DNA of 64,000 nucleotides, from assembly GCA_052168235.1 (NCBI GenBank), contig JBQLZK010000002.1, positions 256,001 to 320,000 of the forward strand, written 5' to 3'. Source of the DNA: Thainema sp. GTDB taxonomy: Bacteria > Cyanobacteriota > Cyanobacteriia > Phormidesmidales > Phormidesmidaceae. Every line of letters starts with the position of its first letter. Position 1 is the first letter of the stretch. A program made the position numbers and the translations under genes. Below, in pieces: positions 57,616-64,000 of this stretch. The notes beneath the pieces are model-generated. The model made no database searches. It saw only the letters and a list, made by a program, of their open reading frames with translations, and was not told the DNA's origin.

Positions 57616-58041
57616 CTACGGCAGGGAATTCGCAAAATCGGCAATGGCTTTTAAGTAGGATTCTTGTCCAGGCTGATAAATTCTGACGTGGTCAGCTCCA
57701 GAAATCAGAAACAGATGCTTCGGTTCTGGGGCAGCCGCATATAGAGCTTGGCTCATCTCAAACGGCACAACCGAATCCTGTTCACCATGTAAAAACAGAA
57801 CGGGAACTTGCAGTGAGCCAATTTTAGAGCGTGAATCGAATTGCTCTGTCAAAATCAGATTGACTGGAATCATGGATGAAAAAGGCTTTTGTCGAACGGC
57901 TTCAGCCATTGAAGTGAATGAGCTTTGCATAATTAGGCCGCTGGCTTCGGGGTGCCGAATGGCTAAGTCAAGTGCGATCGCACCTCCCAACGACTCACCG
58001 TAGATCAGGATTTGCTCAACGTGCTGATCATGCGGGTCTTT
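57616..58041 (-). pseudogene. N-terminally truncated alpha/beta hydrolase
   Basis: IYGESLGG nucleophile elbow, HGEQDSVVP and GADH; in-frame TAG at 58042-58044 with no start codon before the GxSxG motif. Confidence 0.8.
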
Positions 58042-58099
58042 CTATTGATTTCTATAAGTCATTCGGAGTTGACCCGATCAACAGGCTCAGCTCACAGGA

Positions 58100-58951
58100 T
58101 TACGCAAATACCACCGTGCGATTGCCGTAGACCAACACGCGATGCTGAAGATGGAGGCGCACAGCACGCGATAGCACCAGCCGCTCTAAGTCTTTACCTT
58201 TGCGAATGAGTTCCGCTACATCGTCGCGGTGACTGATGCGGGTGACATCCTGCTCAATGATGGGGCCAGCGTCTAGATCTGAGGTGACATAGTGCGCTGT
58301 TGCGCCGATGATCTTGACGCCACGCTGATGCGCTTGGTGATAGGGCTTAGCACCCACGAAGGCGGGCAGAAACGAATGGTGAATGTTGATGACCGAGGGA
58401 AACTGCTCAACAAAGTCAGGGCTCAAAACCTGCATGTACTTGGCCAGTACGACTAAATCAATCTGATACTGACGCAGTAGATCGAGCTGTTTTGATTCTT
58501 GTTCGGCTTTGTTGTCAGCCGTGATAGGCAAACAGTAATAATCAATGCCAAACTGATCGGCAATTGGCTTGAGATGGGGATGATTGCTGATAATTAATGG
58601 AATTTCGGCATTGAGTTCGCCTGATTTGTAACGCCAGAGCAGGTCATACAGGCAGTGATCTTGACGACTGACCCAAATCGATAGCCGCGGTTTAGTATCA
58701 GAAAAGTGCAGGTGCCAATTTGCTTGCAGTGGTTTTGCGATCGCATTAAACGCAGGCCCAACTAGCTCTCGGTCGAGATGGAAATCATCCAACTGCCATT
58801 CAATTCGGGTTAAGAACAAATCGGCGGCCAAATCGGTATGGTGATCGGCATGAATAATGTTGCCGCCGTTAGAGTAAATAAAGCTGGAGATTTTAGCGAC
58901 TAATCCTTGCTGGTCGGGGCAAGACACCAGGAGCGTGGCAGTTGCAGTCAT
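58100..58951 (-). CDS. purU: Formyltetrahydrofolate deformylase
   Basis: ACT domain CPDQQGLVA, INIHHSFLPAF and GATAHYVT.DLDAGPIIEQD. Confidence 0.97.
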   Translation of the reverse strand: MTATATLLVSCPDQQGLVAKISSFIYSNGGNIIHADHHTDLAADLFLTRIEWQLDDFHLDRELVGPAFNAIAKPLQANWHLHFSDTKPRLSIWVSRQDHCLYDLLWRYKSGELNAEIPLIISNHPHLKPIADQFGIDYYCLPITADNKAEQESKQLDLLRQYQIDLVVLAKYMQVLSPDFVEQFPSVINIHHSFLPAFVGAKPYHQAHQRGVKIIGATAHYVTSDLDAGPIIEQDVTRISHRDDVAELIRKGKDLERLVLSRAVRLHLQHRVLVYGNRTVVFA

Positions 58952-58981
58952 CGGATAAACCTTGGTTTGAGTGCGGATCTC

Positions 58982-59215
58982 CTACGGTACGCTGTCCCAA
59001 GCTTGGGCCATAATTTCGCTGAGGACTTGGCGAACCGACGGCTCAAGCAAACTGTCATCAGCCAGCACCTGCGCGGTGACATCCGCTAATGACTGACCTT
59101 GCGATCGCGCAATGGAAATCACACCTGCGATCGCAGTGGCGACAACATCATCATTAACGGGCTTACTTCTGAGTGCTTCTATTCCGTCGAGGCTATCTGG
59201 GATGGGATAATTCAT
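58982..59215 (-). CDS. Small conserved hypothetical protein
   Basis: 77-aa ORF just upstream of purU; AIAGVI.IARSQGQSL..V.A.VLADD. Confidence 0.7.
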   Translation of the reverse strand: MNYPIPDSLDGIEALRSKPVNDDVVATAIAGVISIARSQGQSLADVTAQVLADDSLLEPSVRQVLSEIMAQAWDSVP

Positions 59216-59368
59216 GGCTATTGGTCAAATCGGACACTTGCCGTTACAAAATATGAGAGAGCTGTAATCTTTTGTAAAACATGCTTGGTGATTAGCAAGA
59301 ATACCGTACTTTTTACCGTTGTCAACTCCACTTGGCTCATTTCTTGAAGTTAATTTAATATCTTCCGC

Positions 59369-61579
59369 ATGAAAGAAATTTTGTATTTAGAGGTGCCGAC
59401 TCCCGACACTGACACCGTCAAGGATTGGCTCTGGCATCAGTTCACTCCCAGCGTCGGAACAACCGTTGCTCGACCAGACGGCATCCGCTGGAGATTGGTT
59501 GCAACAGCGGAAGAGGCCAATAGCCAAGACTCACGGGAATCTACAGCAAACCCTCAAGCACTACCGCCAGAACTCTCGATTTTCGTCTGGTCTGTGCAGC
59601 GGACGACCTACCTTAAAGTATTTCGCTGGGCGAATCAACCACTGCCGCAGGAATCTGCTGTCATCCAGCAGTTGACTACACAAATTCGGCAGGCATTTCC
59701 TCATCAATATCCAGAACCACCAGCGGTTGACCTATCGCAGCAATCTATTTTTGAAGCCTTAGCGGAGCGCTACCCCAAAACGGTTCGTTACTTTCAGCGC
59801 ATGCCGAATGGAGAAGCTGACTTGACGCGGGTTTACTGGTGGGAACAGCGCTGGCGCAAATCGGTGCGCCAACCCCAGCAGCCAACTCCAGTCGTTTTTG
59901 CTCAGTCGGAGCCAAATCCCCAGACCCCGGACTATGACCTAATTTATGTCGGTGGAGCACTGGGCGTCATTCATGCAGCAGTGATGGCACAGCTTGGGTA
60001 TCGCGTGCTGCTGATTGAGCGATTGCCCTTTGGCCGAATGAACCGCGAGTGGAATATTTCCCGCAACGAGTTTCAAAGCCTGATTGACCTCGGTTTATTT
60101 ACGGCAGCAGAATTTGAAACGCTAATTGCCGCCGAATATGTCGATGGCTTCCACAAGTTTTTCGATGCCAACAATCCGCCCCAGTGTAAAGCGCCTGTTT
60201 TACATACGCCAACGGTGCTCAACGTGGCGCTGGATGCGGAGAAGCTGCTGCGGCTCTGCGGTGACAAGCTGTTGGCTGCAGGCGGCACAATCTGGGATGA
60301 AACCGATTTTAATCGAGCCGATATCCATCCCAACTTGGTGCAGGTCGAGACGGAACATAGCCCAACCGGGGAGGTTCGCACCGCTTACGGTCGGTTACTG
60401 GTAGACGCAATGGGAACGGCCTCACCAATTGCGTGGCAACTGAGCGGCAAGCGCACGTTCGATAGCGTATGTCCCACAGTGGGAGCCTGCATTTCCGGCG
60501 GTTTTGAGCCTGGGGTTTGGGATACGCAGTATGGAGATGTGCTCAACAGTCACGGTGACATCTCGAAGGGACGGCAGTTAATTTGGGAACTGTTTCCTGC
60601 CAAGGGGGATGAGCTGACGATTTACCTGTTCCACTACCACCAGGTGCATCCTGACAATCCCGGCTCGCTGCTAGAAATGTACGAAGACTTTTTCACCATC
60701 CTGCCGGAGTATCGCCGCTGTGATATGGAAAAGCTGACCTGGCGGAAAGCGACGTTTGGCTATATTCCGGGTCACTTTAGCTTGAGCGATCGCGATCGCA
60801 AAATTGCCTTTGACCGTTTAATTGCGATCGGCGACGCTGCTTCGCTGCAGTCTCCACTAGTCTTCACAGGCTTTGGCTCGCTGGTGCGCAACCTGTCTCG
60901 CTTAACAACTTTACTGGACACAGCCCTGCGACACGATCTGACGCAAGCGAAGTATCTCAACAAAATTCGCGCCTACCAAAGCAACATTGCCGTCACCTGG
61001 CTGTTCTCTAAAGGCATGATGGTGCCAACGCACCAATTCTTGCCGCCTGAGCGGATCAACTCCATGTTGAATACGTTCTTTGGCATTTTGGGTTCAGAGC
61101 CGTGTAACGTCGCCGAAAGCTTTATTAAAGACCGGGCTGGCTGGCTCGACTTTAACCGGATGGCGCTGAAAGCGGCTTGGCAAAATCCGGCTCTCCTGCA
61201 GTGGATTTGGGAACTGGCTGGCCCTTGGGTTATGCTGCGCTGGGTGTTTAGCTACATTGACTACACTCGCAATGCCCTCGTTAGTCGGCTGTTGCAGTGG
61301 TTGCCGATCTTTCTCCAAATTAATCAACCCTGGCTGGAAAGACTCTTTCCAGCCCTCTGGTTTAGCTGGCTGGCTCGCAGCTATGCCATCACCTACGGCA
61401 TCGGTCGCCCACCCGTTGCTCCAGTCAGCGCGATCTCACAATCCACCACTGCCCAATCACCACCCAAAGAAAAAGATCAAGATACGGCTAGGCCAAGCGA
61501 ACCGTCGCCAAAAGTGCGATCGCAAACGATGAAGCCATCGTCTATGGCGAAATCAGCGCCTCAGGACAGCAGTCAGTAA
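59369..61579 (+). CDS. cruA: FAD-dependent oxidoreductase, CruA-type lycopene cyclase
   Basis: YVGGALG, REWNISR, VDAMGTASP and IGDAASLQSPLVFTGFGSLVR; long N-terminus is more CruA-like than CruP-like. Confidence 0.72.
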   Translation: MKEILYLEVPTPDTDTVKDWLWHQFTPSVGTTVARPDGIRWRLVATAEEANSQDSRESTANPQALPPELSIFVWSVQRTTYLKVFRWANQPLPQESAVIQQLTTQIRQAFPHQYPEPPAVDLSQQSIFEALAERYPKTVRYFQRMPNGEADLTRVYWWEQRWRKSVRQPQQPTPVVFAQSEPNPQTPDYDLIYVGGALGVIHAAVMAQLGYRVLLIERLPFGRMNREWNISRNEFQSLIDLGLFTAAEFETLIAAEYVDGFHKFFDANNPPQCKAPVLHTPTVLNVALDAEKLLRLCGDKLLAAGGTIWDETDFNRADIHPNLVQVETEHSPTGEVRTAYGRLLVDAMGTASPIAWQLSGKRTFDSVCPTVGACISGGFEPGVWDTQYGDVLNSHGDISKGRQLIWELFPAKGDELTIYLFHYHQVHPDNPGSLLEMYEDFFTILPEYRRCDMEKLTWRKATFGYIPGHFSLSDRDRKIAFDRLIAIGDAASLQSPLVFTGFGSLVRNLSRLTTLLDTALRHDLTQAKYLNKIRAYQSNIAVTWLFSKGMMVPTHQFLPPERINSMLNTFFGILGSEPCNVAESFIKDRAGWLDFNRMALKAAWQNPALLQWIWELAGPWVMLRWVFSYIDYTRNALVSRLLQWLPIFLQINQPWLERLFPALWFSWLARSYAITYGIGRPPVAPVSAISQSTTAQSPPKEKDQDTARPSEPSPKVRSQTMKPSSMAKSAPQDSSQ

Positions 61580-61792
61580 CTTGAGACTAAATGAGATTCT
61601 TAAGAAAATTGAGCAGTGTTCTCTGTAAATTTCCGGAATTGATAGGCTGAAAGCCTGGATCTCTGATTAGAGCAACATGCATTACCGAAAACTGCCAACA
61701 CTTGCCAAAACTGTTGTTCTAAATGGTTGAGGAGAGTAGCTGCCCTCGCCTCTCAACAACCATCTGCACACAGCGGGGTTTATGTCTCAATC

Positions 61793-62293
61793 ATGCAACG
61801 CTTCTACAACTGCGTCTCACTGCCTATTATTACTGGACTGCTTATTGCAGCATCTTTGACCCCTGCACAAGCCAAACCAGCTTCCGACCAGTATTTAGCC
61901 AGCATCCCGGAAGGAGCTTCACCTTCAACTACCACTCTCCCTGGTGCAACTCGTGCAACTCATGAAGAAGACTTGAATCCATCAACTGATTTACGGAGCC
62001 TGCCGACGGGCAGCGGTTCTCCTAGCTCTAGGCGTCATCCAGGAGCGACTCGTGGCGGTCACGCTACAACCACAGCGTCTCAACTTTGTGTGAATGATTT
62101 AGCAGAAGGCGCGATCGCACCAGAGTTTACGTCTCTTGACATGATGTCGAGCGCAAGTGCCGGGCCTATTTTGTCCACACTACCGACTGTGGCGACTCCT
62201 AGCGTTTTGAATAGCTTATCTGCGATCGCAGCATCAACGTGGCAACTCCACCCGACTTACCAACTGAGTCAGAGTCTGGCTCCATGTGAGTGA
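61793..62293 (+). CDS. Hypothetical secreted low-complexity protein
   Basis: Signal-like segment ending AQA; PGATR motif occurs twice. Confidence 0.5.
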   Translation: MQRFYNCVSLPIITGLLIAASLTPAQAKPASDQYLASIPEGASPSTTTLPGATRATHEEDLNPSTDLRSLPTGSGSPSSRRHPGATRGGHATTTASQLCVNDLAEGAIAPEFTSLDMMSSASAGPILSTLPTVATPSVLNSLSAIAASTWQLHPTYQLSQSLAPCE

Positions 62294-62459
62294 TGCCAGT
62301 TCTGGTATTTGGCACTCCAGAAGGTTCAGTGCTGGGGTTGGGGACTGGGTGTTAGGGGTTGGGTATCAGGTACTAGGTGCTGAGAAACCTAAACACTCGC
62401 TTCACTCCTGACTCCTCTCGCCTCGCGTCGTTAAAACCCGATCTGTAGCCAGAGTTCAT

Positions 62460-62509
62460 AAAACGAGAGTGGGGATTTGCCACGTGCAGCAGATTCCCAC
62501 TCTCGTTTT
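62460..62509. terminator. Hairpin terminator
   Basis: AAAACGAGAGTGGG...CCCACTCTCGTTTT. Confidence 0.7.
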
Positions 62510-62827
62510 TGTGATCAGAGCTGACAGTCAGTGATTATAAAGCGCTGTAAACATTATTTATTTCCTGGGGGTTCTGTGTTACTAAGTTTAGGTACAATGA
62601 TGCACCGATGCAGCGATAATCTTAAGTCAATCGGGCATCGTATCATCTGCAACACTTTTTAGACTAACGTTTTCTAGTCTTAAGGTTGTTCAATCTCACT
62701 ACTGATGGCTCTCGTCTTTTAAGTACAAATATACCATATTCCGGCAGGAAATTGGTTCGTCCTATTTGTCTTATTTGGCTTAGATAGATGGGCGCTTCGG
62801 GATGTCGTACCGTTCAGGTTATTCACA

Positions 62828-64000
62828 ATGAGTGACGCCCCTTTTTCTCCGAATCATGCTGATCCTTCCCGCGATCCTCACACCGAGCAAGATGGCCTAG
62901 ACCCAACATTGGGTTCTGCTGCTCCGGCGGATGATGCACAGGAGCAAGGATGGGCAGATTGGCAAACTGTTCAGTTTCCGGATGCTCTTAACGTTGAGGC
63001 GCTGGAGCAGGAGGAGGAAGTGGCGAAATCGACTGCACGGGCCAATCCCAAATCCGCCAAAGCCAAATCGGCTAAAAATCCGCCAACAGATCAACCCCAG
63101 GTAAAAGCAGAGCCACCTGCGATCGCACCTGAAGATGACGATACAGAGGCTGATGTCATCGAACCGGATTGGCGACCTCACGTGAAATCTCGGCAAACTA
63201 TCGAGGTCTCGGCCCAAGCCATTGACGAGCAGGCGATTGAAGCGCCAGCGCCAGAGTCGGTTGTCGATGATCAAATTGAAGAATTATTAACGCTGATTCG
63301 TGAGCTGAATGAATGTAACGATGCGCTGTTGAGTCGGGTGCGGCATTTGGAAGATGCGCTGACTCAGTGCCAGTCGGAACTGGATCGGGAAGTCATGCGA
63401 TCGCAACACTCAATTCAGCAGCAGCAGGAGCAAGAGCTTGCCCTAGTTGCCGCCCAGCAAAGAGCCGCTCAAAGTGCAGATGAACTAGAGTTTGTCCAGC
63501 AAACGGTACAGCGTCAGCAGATTCAAATTGAAACGCTGGAAGCGCAGCTTGAAACCAGCCAGCAGCGGGTGGCGGAACTAGAGCGGGAATGTGCCCTGGT
63601 GCAGCAAAAGCAGCAGGAGCAGTATCACCAGCTTCAGGAATCCAAACAAGCTTGCCAAGATCTGCGATCGCGGCTGCAGCGGCAGCAGCGTTATACCTTG
63701 CAGTACAAAGTGGCGCTGAAAAAGTGTCTCGACGTACCGCCGCCACGCTATCAAAGTGCTGGAGAAACCTTTACTACGGCTGATGCTCCCACAGGCTTTA
63801 TGCCCAAGGTGTCTGAAATTCAGCCTTGGTCATCCACACAGCCATCTGACACGCAGCCATCGGATGCCGACTATGCTCAGCAACCTCCAGCAGAGAATAC
63901 CTCTGACTTGTTGGCCTGGATGCAGTCCAACCCTGCGTTAACTCATCTGTTTAGGGATGAAGACGAAACGCTAAACTCCCCTGCGAATTGGGAAAATGAT
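62828..64000 (+). CDS. Coiled-coil protein, 3' partial (absent from the ORF track because its stop is outside the window)
   Basis: Open frame from ATG 62828 (MSDAPFSPN...) to the window end; Q/E-rich coiled coil with RLQRQQRYTLQYKVALKKCL. Confidence 0.85.
   Translation, partial: MSDAPFSPNHADPSRDPHTEQDGLDPTLGSAAPADDAQEQGWADWQTVQFPDALNVEALEQEEEVAKSTARANPKSAKAKSAKNPPTDQPQVKAEPPAIAPEDDDTEADVIEPDWRPHVKSRQTIEVSAQAIDEQAIEAPAPESVVDDQIEELLTLIRELNECNDALLSRVRHLEDALTQCQSELDREVMRSQHSIQQQQEQELALVAAQQRAAQSADELEFVQQTVQRQQIQIETLEAQLETSQQRVAELERECALVQQKQQEQYHQLQESKQACQDLRSRLQRQQRYTLQYKVALKKCLDVPPPRYQSAGETFTTADAPTGFMPKVSEIQPWSSTQPSDTQPSDADYAQQPPAENTSDLLAWMQSNPALTHLFRDEDETLNSPANWEND

Noticed and set aside
57616..57990. 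124-aa hydrolase as an intact gene
   Set aside because: The track start lies just after the catalytic Ser of GESLGG; treated as a truncated pseudogene.
61793..62293. DUF928-family assignment
   Set aside because: Only the PGATRGG..C-like N-terminal motif resembles it; the rest of the domain is not recognisable.
62330..62425. G-rich and heptamer-like short tandem repeats (also 35224-35270, 52777-52806)
   Set aside because: Degenerate STRR-type intergenic repeats common in filamentous cyanobacteria; nothing specific to support.
62897..63941. Several short track ORFs at the window end
   Set aside because: Shadows of the long open frame starting at 62828 that runs off the window.

Overview
This is a 64 kb window of a cyanobacterial chromosome, as shown by the dense HIP1 octamer GCGATCGC (mostly as TGCGATCGCA) and by kaiABC, a ycf66-family gene and a cruA-like gene. 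Most of it is housekeeping: glnT-type ligase, a MacAB-like exporter, the natFGH-bgtA amino-acid ABC transporter, kaiABC with a divergent hybrid kinase, msrB, aroE and purU. Three accessory areas stand out. (1) 1-3.55 kb: a split Type ISP-like restriction-modification locus. Its specificity gene carries an in-frame HUH/Y1 (RAYT-like) transposase domain bracketed by translated REP-like palindromes. It is followed by a DUF2281-VapC toxin-antitoxin pair flanked by copies of both sides of the MTase/specificity junction, which suggests an exchangeable cassette slot. (2) 35.5-44 kb: a TerY-P-like triad (PP2C, kinase, vWA) interleaved with an ADP-ribosylglycohydrolase and a nicotinamidase-like enzyme. 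Its promoter carries tandem NrtR-type GT-N7-AC boxes, and an insert of glycine-zipper and HNH genes interrupts the cluster. (3) 9-11 kb: an AT-rich islet encoding a GAF-GAF-wHTH protein and a small membrane protein gene frameshifted in a T9 tract. REP- and MITE-like palindromes are scattered throughout. No rRNA, tRNA or CRISPR array was seen. All family assignments come from motif recognition by eye, not from database searches.
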